From Vulcanimicrobiota bacterium (GTDB taxonomy: Bacteria; Vulcanimicrobiota; Vulcanimicrobiia; Vulcanimicrobiales; Vulcanimicrobiaceae): 64,000 bases of DNA. A program made the translations under genes and the position numbers. Each line of letters starts with the position of its first letter. Within the stretch, counting starts at the first letter, position 1. The stretch spans positions 1,568,001 to 1,632,000 of the forward strand of contig OY968762.1 of NCBI GenBank assembly GCA_963695225.1, read 5' to 3'. This document shows positions 1 through 9,321 of the stretch, piece after piece. A model generated the notes under the pieces. It had not been told where the DNA came from. It did not search any database and saw only the letters and a program-made list of their open reading frames with translations.

Positions 1-673
1 CGCGCACGTCGAACGTCGGGAGGCTCTCGACGTAGACCGTCGCTTGATCGGCGAGCGGCGCGTTCTGCGTCACGTCGCCTTCCTGGAGCAGCTTCTGCAG
101 CGAATACTTCGTCACGGCCCCGTCGGGGGTTCCGACCCGTGCCATCGGCAAGTCGCCGTCGACCGGGCCGATCCCGCCCGCCGCCGCGATCGCGTCGTAG
201 AGCCGGCCCTGCGAAGAGATCATGTACTTGTTGGGGGCCTTGACGTTCCCCAACACCAGGACTTCAATCTGCCCTTCCTGCACGACGCCGATCGTGACGA
301 CGGGGTGGCGCATATACTTCGAAAGCGCCTTCTCCATCGCAGCGGACGCCTCGTTCGGCGTGAGGCCGGCGACGATGACGCTGCCGACCAGCGGGTAGCT
401 GATCGTCCCGCCGCGCACGACCTTGAGCACCTGCGTCGGGTTCTGCTCGCCCGCAACCGTCACGGTGATCTGGTCGCCGACGTGAATGCGATAGATGTCG
501 CCGGAAGAGGGCGCTGCCGGATGCGCCGTGCCGACGCCCGCGGCAGGCCCCGGGGCGGGGCCGCTCTGGACGGCGTCGGCGGGCGCGGCGGCGAACGCCG
601 GGGTAGCGACGACTGTGGGGCAGGCTAACAGCGCAAGCGCCACGAGCGCGAACGCGCGTCTATGGAAAATCAT
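1..673 (-). CDS. Polysaccharide biosynthesis/export protein (Wza-like, poly_export + SLBB), runs off the window edge
   Basis: Not in the ORF track because it has no stop in the window. Hand translation from ATG 673: MIFHRRAFALVALALLAC...YRIHVGDQITVTVAGE...GGTISYPLVGSVIVAGLT...VLVLGNVKAP...LYDAIAAAGG. GGAGAGG RBS upstream. Confidence 0.88.
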   Translation of the reverse strand, partial: MIFHRRAFALVALALLACPTVVATPAFAAAPADAVQSGPAPGPAAGVGTAHPAAPSSGDIYRIHVGDQITVTVAGEQNPTQVLKVVRGGTISYPLVGSVIVAGLTPNEASAAMEKALSKYMRHPVVTIGVVQEGQIEVLVLGNVKAPNKYMISSQGRLYDAIAAAGGIGPVDGDLPMARVGTPDGAVTKYSLQKLLQEGDVTQNAPLADQATVYVESLPTFDVR

Positions 674-756
674 CGCGAGAACAAACACCTCTCCAGCATC
701 TATTTCGAGAATACCCCGCCCGGCTTGTAGCATTCAGTCCCAAAGCGCCTCGACTT

Positions 757-774
757 TCGGGACTGAAGTCCCGA
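757..774. promoter_or_regulatory. Perfect 8-2-8 palindrome TCGGGACT-GA-AGTCCCGA, candidate NarL/LuxR-family operator upstream of the wza-like gene
   Basis: Palindrome seen directly, with a second half-site AGTCCC at 736-741. Resembles the DosR/DevR box GGGACT-N2-AGTCCC. Confidence 0.55.
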
Positions 775-807
775 TGAAAGTCTGATCGAGCGGCGCCTCG
801 TTCAACC

Positions 808-1962
808 TCAGTGACTGAGCGCTTGGTTGCCGTACGGCACCGTCGCTTGCGCGAGGCTGCGGTAGAGGTCGAGGTGGCGCTGAACGGAGAGTCCCATGTC
901 GAAGTGGGAGCGTGCGTACAGTCTCCCCCGCTCGGCGATCCCGGCGAGCCGGCCGGGGTTCTCCCAGGCCTCGTGCATCTTTGCATAGGCGGCCTCGAGG
1001 GACCAATCGGCGCAGACGAACCCCGTCACGCCGTCGGTCACGAAGTCGAGCGCGCCTTCCCAAGGCGTCGTGACGGCCGGCAGGCCGGCCATCATCGCCT
1101 CACCCAGGGCCAACGGCATCCGCTCCCAGAGCGAGGTCATGAGATAGACGTCGACCGCGCGATACAGGTCGGGGAGATCAGACCGGAAGCCGAGGAAGCG
1201 AACGCGCTCACCGAGGCCGGCGGCGGCGACGGCGGCACGCAACGCCGCCTCGTCGCCCCCGGCGCCGGTCAAGAGCAAGTGCCAGGGCAACCCGGCCGCG
1301 GCGCCGCGGGCCAACGCCTCGATGGCCAGCTTCTGGTTCTTTTGCGCGCACATCCGGGCAGGCAGCACGAAAACGAAGGCGTCCGGCGGGAATTGGAGCT
1401 TCGCGCGCAGTTCCGCGCGATCGGCCGTGGCCGACGGCGCGACGAACGGGATCCCGTTCGGAATCACGACGATGCGCTCCAGCGGTATCCCCTCGGCCCC
1501 GGCGTAGCGTTCCCGCTGCCCGCTCGTGAAAACGACGAAGCGCGTCGTGCGCGGATGGAGCACTCGATTGACCGAGCGCCGCAGCAGCCCGCCCGCTTCG
1601 TCGCCATGCTCGGTGAATACGATCGACGGCACGCCGGCCGCGAGCGCTGCGATGCGCCCCGCATACTTGCCGGAGTGGAGATGGGCGTGCACGATGTCGG
1701 GGCGCAGCTCGCGCATCGCGCGCATCAGGCGCGGAACAAACGTGAGATCGCCGCGCCCGGCTCGCGCGACTTCGACGACGGGAACGCCGAGACGCGCTTT
1801 CTGGTCGTCGTCGAGATCGGATTTGTAGACCGAGACGATCGATGCCTCGACGCCGGCGGCGCGCAAACCGACGCAGAGTCCTCGGACGAGCGTCTCCGCA
1901 CCGCCGCCGAGCAGATTGCTGATGACGTGCGTCACGCGCAACGGGCGATCGGGCTGAATCAT
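808..1962 (-). CDS. Glycosyltransferase family 4 (GT-B)
   Basis: HVISNLLGGGAE, PDIVHAH, VIPNGI, SLWERMPLALGEAM motifs. Start placed at ATG 1962, downstream of TGnTACAAT. Confidence 0.9.
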   Translation of the reverse strand: MIQPDRPLRVTHVISNLLGGGAETLVRGLCVGLRAAGVEASIVSVYKSDLDDDQKARLGVPVVEVARAGRGDLTFVPRLMRAMRELRPDIVHAHLHSGKYAGRIAALAAGVPSIVFTEHGDEAGGLLRRSVNRVLHPRTTRFVVFTSGQRERYAGAEGIPLERIVVIPNGIPFVAPSATADRAELRAKLQFPPDAFVFVLPARMCAQKNQKLAIEALARGAAAGLPWHLLLTGAGGDEAALRAAVAAAGLGERVRFLGFRSDLPDLYRAVDVYLMTSLWERMPLALGEAMMAGLPAVTTPWEGALDFVTDGVTGFVCADWSLEAAYAKMHEAWENPGRLAGIAERGRLYARSHFDMGLSVQRHLDLYRSLAQATVPYGNQALSH

Positions 1963-2107
1963 CGCGCAGAATTGTAGCACATCGCGCGTGCGGAGGGGAC
2001 TTGCGGCAGGGCGGGGCGCGTCGGGACCTTTACCCCACGGCCTAGGGCCGAACGACCGGAGGTTCCGCTCGCGACGGCAAGCAACACGGAATTCCACCCG
2101 TCCTGGG

Positions 2108-3142
2108 ATGAAGATGCCGGTACCCGACGCACCGCGCTACGCGCTGATCATGCCGTTCTTGAACGAATCGAAGCACCTGCCCGCGGTTCTGGAAAGCATC
2201 CGCGCGCAGACCTTCGATCACGGGCGGATGTACTTGCTCGCGGTCGATAACGGCTCGACGGATGACGGCGCCGACATCGTTCGCGCCTGGCTCGCGGCGG
2301 GCGACATCGGCGGGCGCGTCGTGCGGACGGAGATTCGCTCTATTCCCCACGCGCTCAATTGCGGGATTCGAGAGGCCGCCCCCGCCGATTACATCGTCCG
2401 CTTGGACGCGCATACGCGCTACGATCCGTCATACGTTGGGACGATCGCCGCCGCGTTCGAGCGGCTACCGGCCGACGTTTGGTGCGTCGGCGGCGGGCAA
2501 GAACCGGACCACCCCGCCGAATTCTCGAAGCAACTCTACGCCGCGCTGCTGACGAACCGCATGGGCCTCGGAGGCGCGCCCTACCGCGCGTCGGCCGCCG
2601 AGCGCGACGTCCCGCACGTTTATCTCGGCGCGTGGCGCCCCGGCGTGCTCCAGCGACTCGGAGGTTTCGACGAAGCCTGGATCGCGAATGAGGATTCCGA
2701 ATTGAACGAGCGCCTCCGCGATGCGGGCGGGCGCGTGCGGCGGATCGCGGTCGACTCCACGTATATCGTATCGCGCGGCGCGCTCGCCGCCGTCAAGCAG
2801 TGGCACCGGTACGGCTTCTGGCGAGCGCAAACGAACAAGCGGCACCCGAAATCGCGCCGGCCACGGCATCTCGCTCCCCCTCTAGCGCTCGTCGGCGGCC
2901 TCGCGTTGCTCGCGAGCCCGCTTCGGCGCGGGTTGATTCCGCTGTACGGGCTGTTTGCGATCGCGACGATCGCCGGCCGCAGGCCGGGCGAATCCCCGGC
3001 CGTCACGCTCGCCTCATGCGTCTTCTTCCCGGTGCTCCACGCGGCGAACGGCCTCGGGCAGATCCGCGGCATGCTCGCTCCGCCAAGAGCGTCGCGGCTC
3101 GGCGCGAGCCTGGAAAGCCTCCCCGCCGCCGAACTCGGCTAG
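2108..3142 (+). CDS. Glycosyltransferase family 2 (ExoA-like)
   Basis: IMPFLNE, VDNGSTD, RLDAH, GGFDE..IANEDSELN motifs and C-terminal TM segments. Confidence 0.88.
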   Translation: MKMPVPDAPRYALIMPFLNESKHLPAVLESIRAQTFDHGRMYLLAVDNGSTDDGADIVRAWLAAGDIGGRVVRTEIRSIPHALNCGIREAAPADYIVRLDAHTRYDPSYVGTIAAAFERLPADVWCVGGGQEPDHPAEFSKQLYAALLTNRMGLGGAPYRASAAERDVPHVYLGAWRPGVLQRLGGFDEAWIANEDSELNERLRDAGGRVRRIAVDSTYIVSRGALAAVKQWHRYGFWRAQTNKRHPKSRRPRHLAPPLALVGGLALLASPLRRGLIPLYGLFAIATIAGRRPGESPAVTLASCVFFPVLHAANGLGQIRGMLAPPRASRLGASLESLPAAELG

Positions 3143-4452
3143 GCGCCGTGCGTCGAACGCCGGCGGCGCACGTGCAGCATGCCGAGGATCGCTGCGAGAT
3201 CTTCACGCGTGACGAACACGAACGCGCCCAGCGGAGCCTGCGAGAGCTTCACGCATGCGCGGAGTTTGGCTGCAAGCGAGACGGCGTAACCCACGGTCAT
3301 CGCCATGATCACCCCGAGGATCCCCAAGCGCATCGCAAGCAGGGCGGCGCACGTGGCGCTCCCGATCAACACCGTGACGTCGATCTTGAAGACGATGTCG
3401 GGGCGCCCTTCGAAGGCGTTGAGATAATACACGAGCGGCGCGTCGATGCAATACAAGAACATACCGAGCGTCAGCAGCCGCAAGAGGGCACCGGCGGCGC
3501 TGAAATCCGGCCCGTAGACGCACTCGATCAGACGCGGTCCGACGGCGAACAAGAAGAGTGCGACGCAAGCTTGGAACGCAACCAACATACGCGTCGTCCG
3601 CGTCGTCAATTCGACGGCGCGCGCGCGGTCCGCGCTCGCGAGCCGTCCGAACGAGGCGAGCGAGATCGAACGCCCCAACTGCCACATCAAGTCGCCCGCG
3701 GCGAGCGCGAGCGTATAGACGCCGAGCATCGCCGCATCGAACGCGGCGCTGACGATGGCGACGTCGACCCGGAGCGCCAAGAAACCGGCTAGCGCCGCAG
3801 AGCCCGCGCGCAACGCGAAACGCGTTTGAGCGGCGCGCAACTCGCTCGAGTCGGGAGCGGGCGTACCGCCTGTCGCGCGGCCCAGACGAAACGTGAGATA
3901 GAGCGCGCTTGCGACGTAGGCCGCGACCCAGATCAGCATGAATCCCGCGAGCGGCACGTGGAACGCGAGAACCGCCGCGCCGGCAGCGAGCGCCCCGCCG
4001 CCCTGCGCGATGAAGTTCGCCACGTTGATTTCGCGGATGCGGTGCTGCACGAGGAAGAATCCGGCAAACGCGCTGGCCGCGAGCGCGAACGGAAACGCGA
4101 TCCCCGCGTAGTAGAGCGCATGCTGCGAGCCGAAGCGCGCGGCGAGCGCGAGGTAGAGCAGCGTTCCACATAGCGCCGGGAGCGCGATGACGAGCCACGT
4201 CGAGCGGCGTACGGCGGAAAAGTCTCGCCCGGCCTGGCCGAGCAGATAGACGATGCTCCCGGAAACCCCCTCCGCGAGCGTCACCGCAACCATGACTGCG
4301 ATCCCTGCGTAATTGAGGAGACCTTTGCCCGTCGGTCCGAACGTGCGCGCTACGAGAACCCCGACGAGCACCATCGCGACCTGCGATGCGATCGTCCAGG
4401 AAAACGCGTCGACGGTCTGGCCTTTCAGACCGCCGGCGCTCTTTGCTTGCAT
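3139..4452 (-). CDS. Oligosaccharide flippase (Wzx/MOP family)
   Basis: Multi-TM protein with ARTFGPTGKG, LRVDVAIV and LGVYTLA motifs; EPS context. Confidence 0.85.
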   Translation of the reverse strand: MQAKSAGGLKGQTVDAFSWTIASQVAMVLVGVLVARTFGPTGKGLLNYAGIAVMVAVTLAEGVSGSIVYLLGQAGRDFSAVRRSTWLVIALPALCGTLLYLALAARFGSQHALYYAGIAFPFALAASAFAGFFLVQHRIREINVANFIAQGGGALAAGAAVLAFHVPLAGFMLIWVAAYVASALYLTFRLGRATGGTPAPDSSELRAAQTRFALRAGSAALAGFLALRVDVAIVSAAFDAAMLGVYTLALAAGDLMWQLGRSISLASFGRLASADRARAVELTTRTTRMLVAFQACVALFLFAVGPRLIECVYGPDFSAAGALLRLLTLGMFLYCIDAPLVYYLNAFEGRPDIVFKIDVTVLIGSATCAALLAMRLGILGVIMAMTVGYAVSLAAKLRACVKLSQAPLGAFVFVTREDLAAILGMLHVRRRRSTHGA

Positions 4453-4459
4453 GACCGCG

Positions 4460-5908
4460 TCAGGCTACGCGATGGAACAGGAACTCTGCGAGCGTCTTCA
4501 CCAAGATCGAGACGTCGAGGAACAGCGACCAGTTCTCGATGTAGAAGAGATCGTAGGCGAGGCGTTCGGAGATCGCAGAGACGTCGACGTTGCGCTTCAT
4601 GTGGATGTGCGACCAGCCCGTGATCCCCGGGCGCACCAAGTGGCGCTCGTCGTAACGCGGGAGCACGCGGCGGAACTTCTCGACGTAGAACGGACGCTCC
4701 GGGCGGGGACCGACGAGCGACATCTCGCCGCGAATCACGTTGAAGAGCTGGGGCAACTCGTCGAGGCTCGTCTTCCGCAGGAATCCGCCGATCCGCGTCA
4801 CTTTGCGCCGGTTCGGATCCGACCAGACGGGGCCGGTCGCCTTTTCGGCGTCGACCGGCATCGAGCGGAACTTGAGGATCTCGAACGTCTTGCCGCGCAG
4901 GCCGACGCGAGTTTGCCGATAGATCACGGGGCCGCCGTCGTCGAGATAGACGGCTAGCGCAACGAGCGCCATGATCGGGCCGACGAAGATCATCGACGGC
5001 AGGACGAGCGCGAGATCGAAGATGCGGCGCAGCGTCACCATCTTCGGGTTGCAGATCGCGAGACTGCGCGGGCAAATCAATGCGAGCCCGCCGTCCTTCT
5101 GCAGGGAGAAATCGTAGGCTTGCGGCCGGATCCGAGTCGGCGCGAAGGCGAGTTTGACGCCGCGCCCTTCGGTCGTGCGTAGCAAGCTCGGGACGATGGC
5201 GGGAGGAAGCGCCTCGGTGACGATCATCGTGTCGCACTGCCACTCGAGCGCTCCGCGCATCCACGGCAGGTCGTCGACGCCTTCGTTTTCCATCGAGTGC
5301 GTGAGGCGCGCGTCGAAATCGTCGATCGAAAGGCGCAGGATCGCGTCGCGCGGGGTCAGGTGGAGTTCGTCGACGACGGCGTTGACGCGATCGTAGGTGC
5401 CGACGATCGCGATCCGGCGCGGGGCCTGGAGCGCCACCTTCTCCCAAACGATGCGCAGGGCGGCCCGCGAGGCCGGGACCAGGAAAGCCGAGACCGCAAA
5501 CATTTCGATCAGCAGGATGCGCGAGATCGAGATGCTGGGCGCGATCGTAAAAAGGAAGAGCTCGGGCAAGACGCCGAGAGCGAGCGCCGCGATCGCGAAG
5601 TAGACCTCGTCCCGGACCGAATTCGCGAACGTCTGGCGGTAGAGCCCGATTCGGGCGAAGAGGAACAGCCAGAGCGCGAGGATCGGAAGGATCGCGATCC
5701 AGAAGCTCGGGCGCGTAACGTTCAGGAGCGAGCCGAAATGGAGCTGGGACGCGAGGCACGCGGAACCGACGAACAGGAGCGCGTCCGTGGCGAAAAGCAG
5801 GCGGCTCCAGCGCGGGCCATACTTGGCCGGAGAGGGCTTCGGTTTCGCAGGGGAGACGGCGAATCCAAGGCTAGATTCGGCGCTGTCGGAACGAAGCGAT
5901 ACATCCAT
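4460..5908 (-). CDS. Priming sugar transferase (polyprenyl-phosphate glycosylphosphotransferase, WcaJ/WbaP family)
   Basis: KFRSM, GFLRKTSLDELPQLFNVIRGEMSLVGPRPE, RPGITGW, DLFYIENWS motifs. Confidence 0.95.
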   Translation of the reverse strand: MDVSLRSDSAESSLGFAVSPAKPKPSPAKYGPRWSRLLFATDALLFVGSACLASQLHFGSLLNVTRPSFWIAILPILALWLFLFARIGLYRQTFANSVRDEVYFAIAALALGVLPELFLFTIAPSISISRILLIEMFAVSAFLVPASRAALRIVWEKVALQAPRRIAIVGTYDRVNAVVDELHLTPRDAILRLSIDDFDARLTHSMENEGVDDLPWMRGALEWQCDTMIVTEALPPAIVPSLLRTTEGRGVKLAFAPTRIRPQAYDFSLQKDGGLALICPRSLAICNPKMVTLRRIFDLALVLPSMIFVGPIMALVALAVYLDDGGPVIYRQTRVGLRGKTFEILKFRSMPVDAEKATGPVWSDPNRRKVTRIGGFLRKTSLDELPQLFNVIRGEMSLVGPRPERPFYVEKFRRVLPRYDERHLVRPGITGWSHIHMKRNVDVSAISERLAYDLFYIENWSLFLDVSILVKTLAEFLFHRVA

Positions 5909-6084
5909 GATCGTGACAATGGTAGCATTATGTGAGCTGGGACACAGGGGACTATTCGTACCATTTCGGTACGGCCTACCTGCGAAGGGGGCACCGGGCC
6001 GCCGCGTTGCGTTGGGTAGGAAGTCCTAAATATCGGCACCGCCCGCCCTTTGTGGTCCTAGCCCGTTCCTCGTACACTCCAGCC

Positions 6085-6876
6085 ATGACCCGTGCCCCCG
6101 CTTCGATCCTGGTCCCCGCCTACAACGAAGGAGCCGAGTTTCGTGCGACGCTCCGCCGTTTGGAAGTTTTCTCTCGTTCGGTTTCCGACCGTTACGAACT
6201 CCGGCTGCTGGTCGTCGACGACGGCAGCAGCGACGAGACCGCGGCGATCGCGGATGCGTACGCGCGGACGGCGGACAACGTCCGGGTTGTGCACCACGAT
6301 CGCAACCGGGGAATCGCCGCCGCCCTGCGGACGGGGCTCGCCGAGTTGCCGGGCGACAGCGTCGTCGTGCTCGATGCGGACCTCAGCTATGCGCCCGAGG
6401 AGGTCGTCGTGCCGATGCTCGACGCGCTGACGGCGAAGCGGGCCGCGGTCGTGGTGGCGTCTCCTTATATGCGCGGCGGGCGCGTTTCGAACGTCCCGTT
6501 CATCCGGCTGCTGGCGAGCCGCTGCGCGAATGCGCTGCTTTCGGCGTTCACGGGCGGGCGCGTCTCGACGCTCACCGGTATGGTCCGCGCCTACAGCCCG
6601 GACGGCGCTGCCCGGGCGCTCGCCTGCATGCCGGACGGCGAATTCAATTCCTGGGTGCTCCTCGACGCGCTACGGCGAGGCGCGGTCGTCTGCGAAGTCC
6701 CCGCCCACCTCTGCTGGCCGCCGGCGCGCCTCGCGGGCGCGCCCCGGATGCCGCTCCGCAAGCTCGCACGCGCGACGCTGGCGGTCCTTCGAACGCTCCG
6801 CTTCCACGCGCTCGGCGGCGACGAGAAACGTGCCGCACCCAACGAACCGGCAGCCAAGGGAGTCTCGATGCCATGA
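6085..6876 (+). CDS. Glycosyltransferase family 2 (DPM/DPG synthase-like)
   Basis: LVPAYNE, VVDDGSSD, NRG, LDADLSY motifs. Probably leaderless (TACACT-N6-ATG). Confidence 0.88.
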   Translation: MTRAPASILVPAYNEGAEFRATLRRLEVFSRSVSDRYELRLLVVDDGSSDETAAIADAYARTADNVRVVHHDRNRGIAAALRTGLAELPGDSVVVLDADLSYAPEEVVVPMLDALTAKRAAVVVASPYMRGGRVSNVPFIRLLASRCANALLSAFTGGRVSTLTGMVRAYSPDGAARALACMPDGEFNSWVLLDALRRGAVVCEVPAHLCWPPARLAGAPRMPLRKLARATLAVLRTLRFHALGGDEKRAAPNEPAAKGVSMP

Positions 6877-8228
6877 CCAGCACCTTACGTTCCCCCATCG
6901 GCTCCGTACGAGGCCGCCACGTTTCGCGCGTCGCCATCATCGGCGGCGGACTGCTCGGAATGACGCTCGCGTTGCGGTACGCGCAGTGCGGGCGCGCGGT
7001 AACGATCGTCGAAGCGAGCCCAACGCTCGGCGGCCTCGCCATGCCGTGGAAGCTGGGCGACATCACCTGGGACCGCCACTATCACGTCACGCTTCAATCC
7101 GATACGCAGCTCCTCTCGCTGCTCGATGAACTAGGGCTGCGCGACGAGATGAATTTCACGACCACGACGACCGGTTTCTACACGGACGGGCGCTATCACG
7201 ATTTTTCCGGCGTCCTCGATTTCATCCGTTTCAAGCCGCTCTCGCACGCCGCGAAGGCGCGACTCGGCATCGCGATCCTGTACGCCTCCTCGATCCGCGA
7301 CGGGCGGCGGCTCGAATCGATCACCGCGCGCAAGTGGCTGACCGACCTGTGCGGCGAGGATACGTACAAGAACATCTGGGAGCCGTTATTGCGCGCGAAG
7401 ATCGGGGACTACGCGCCGCAGGTTTCGGCCTCTTTCATCTGGGCGATCATCTCGCGCCTCTACGGCGCGCGGCGCAGCGGTGAGAAGCGCGAACTGTTCG
7501 GCTACATCGACGGAAGCTACGCGCGCATCCTGAGCACGTTCGAAGCGAAGCTCCGCGATCTCGGCGTCGAGATACTGGCCGGCGAGCCGGTCGCCGCGGT
7601 CGAACGCGAGGCCGGCGGCCTATCCGTGCAGCTTCGCGACCGTAAGCTGGACTTCGAAGAAGTCATCGTGACGGCGCCGGCGCCCGTCGCCGCGCGCATC
7701 TGCAAAAATCTCGAAGAGACCGAACTCGCGCGTTTGCGGGGCGTTCGCTATCAGGGGATCGTCTGCGCCTCGCTCCTGTTGAAAGAGCCCGTCAACAAGT
7801 ATTACGTCACGAACATCACCGAGACGTGGGTGCCGTTCACTTCGATCATCAACATGTCGTGCGTCGTCGACCGCAAGAACTTCGGCGGCAACGCGCTCGT
7901 CTATCTTCCGAAATACGTGGCTCCCGACGACGAGATCTTCCGCTTGAGCGACGAGGAGATCGAAGAGCGCTTCATCCGGGCGATCATCAAGATGCATCCC
8001 GATTTCGACCGCTCGTCCATCCTCGCGAGCCGCATGTCGCGCGTTCAGCACGTCTTCCCGATCACGACGCTCAACTATTCCGAGCACGTCCCGCCGATGA
8101 CGACCTCCGTCCCGGGCCTCTCGATCGTGAACGCCGCTCAGATCGTCAACGGGACGCTCAACGCCAATCAAACCGTCGACCTCGCGAATCGCGCGTTCCG
8201 CACGCTCTGCCAAGAGTTCGTCGTATGA
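6873..8228 (+). CDS. FAD-dependent oxidoreductase (amine oxidase/protoporphyrinogen oxidase-like family)
   Basis: VAIIGGGLLG Rossmann motif, LGGLA, WDRHYH. Overlaps both neighbours by 4 nt. Confidence 0.85.
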   Translation: MTSTLRSPIGSVRGRHVSRVAIIGGGLLGMTLALRYAQCGRAVTIVEASPTLGGLAMPWKLGDITWDRHYHVTLQSDTQLLSLLDELGLRDEMNFTTTTTGFYTDGRYHDFSGVLDFIRFKPLSHAAKARLGIAILYASSIRDGRRLESITARKWLTDLCGEDTYKNIWEPLLRAKIGDYAPQVSASFIWAIISRLYGARRSGEKRELFGYIDGSYARILSTFEAKLRDLGVEILAGEPVAAVEREAGGLSVQLRDRKLDFEEVIVTAPAPVAARICKNLEETELARLRGVRYQGIVCASLLLKEPVNKYYVTNITETWVPFTSIINMSCVVDRKNFGGNALVYLPKYVAPDDEIFRLSDEEIEERFIRAIIKMHPDFDRSSILASRMSRVQHVFPITTLNYSEHVPPMTTSVPGLSIVNAAQIVNGTLNANQTVDLANRAFRTLCQEFVV

Positions 8229-9196
8229 GCCGCCCTCCCGCGAGCTTGTCGCTCGATCTCGATAACGAGTGGTCGTACCTCAAGACGCACGGCGACCCGG
8301 AGTGGGCGGCGCTGCCCTCGTATCTCGATGCCGTCGTGCCGCGCGCGCTGGAGTTCTGCGCGCGCCACGGCCAGCGGATCACGGTCTTCATCGTCGGGCA
8401 AGATGCGGCGCTGCCGCAGCATCACGCGGTCCTGCGCTCGATCGCGGAGGCCGGCCACGAGGTCGGCAATCACTCCTTCAAACACGAGCCGTATCTCGCG
8501 TCCTATTCGCCCGCCGAGATCGACGACGAACTGCGCCGCGCCGACGCGGCGATCCGCGCGGCGACGGGAGCGAAGATCGTAGGATTTCGGGGGCCGGGCT
8601 ACGCGCGCTCGCAGGTGATCCTCGAGACGCTCGCGCGCATGGGCTACGAATACGAAGCCTCGACGCTGCCGACGTACATCGGCCCGCTCGCGCGCGCGTA
8701 CTATTTCCGCACGAGCAAACTCTCGCCCGAAGAGCGGGAACGGCGCAAGGCATTGTTCGGCTCGTTCGCCGACGGCCTCGAACCGCTGCGCATCCGCACG
8801 GTCGAGGCTGCGGGCCGCCGCATCGCGCTGATCCCCGTCACGACGATGCCGCTCCTGAAGATTCCGATCCATTTCAGCTATCTGCTCTACCTCTGCACGT
8901 TTTCGGAGGCGGTGGGCATGGCATACTTCGCGACCGCGATGGCGCTGTGCCGCGCGACCGGCGTGCAGCCTTCGCTCTTGCTCCACCCGCTCGATTTCTT
9001 GGACGGCAGCGATGCGCCGCGCTTGCGCTTCTTCCCGGCGATGAATTTCCCGGCTCGAGAGAAGCTGCGGATCCTCGGCAAGGCGATGGAGCGCTTCGGC
9101 GCGACGTTCGCGAGCACGCCGATCCGCGAGCACGTGGCACCGTATCTCGGCACGAATCTCACGGCCGCTCCGCTTCCGGGAGCGCTCGCGGGCTGA
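8225..9196 (+). CDS. Polysaccharide deacetylase family protein
   Basis: SLDLDN, TVFIVG, GHEVGNHSFKH, GFRGPG, LLHPLDF NodB-type motifs. ATG 8225 overlaps the upstream stop. Confidence 0.88.
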   Translation: MSRPPASLSLDLDNEWSYLKTHGDPEWAALPSYLDAVVPRALEFCARHGQRITVFIVGQDAALPQHHAVLRSIAEAGHEVGNHSFKHEPYLASYSPAEIDDELRRADAAIRAATGAKIVGFRGPGYARSQVILETLARMGYEYEASTLPTYIGPLARAYYFRTSKLSPEERERRKALFGSFADGLEPLRIRTVEAAGRRIALIPVTTMPLLKIPIHFSYLLYLCTFSEAVGMAYFATAMALCRATGVQPSLLLHPLDFLDGSDAPRLRFFPAMNFPAREKLRILGKAMERFGATFASTPIREHVAPYLGTNLTAAPLPGALAG

Positions 9197-9269
9197 AGCC
9201 GGCGGAGCCGTTCTCCCACGGGCGGCGGGACCAATGGACGTCCTCAGGTCCCGGTTTGACAGGCATAAT

Positions 9270-9298
9270 GTGACTGGGCGCACAATTTTACGGATAAT
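9270..9298 (+). promoter_or_regulatory. Putative sigma70-type promoter GTGACT-N17-GATAAT
   Basis: AT-rich intergenic region with 17-nt spacing, upstream of the 9322 gene. Confidence 0.35.
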
Positions 9299-9321
9299 AG
9301 CGCCTCCATGAGGATGCAATC

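Noticed and set aside
44..628. 194-aa plus-strand ORF
   Set aside because: Antisense to the Wza-like gene, which has clear motifs
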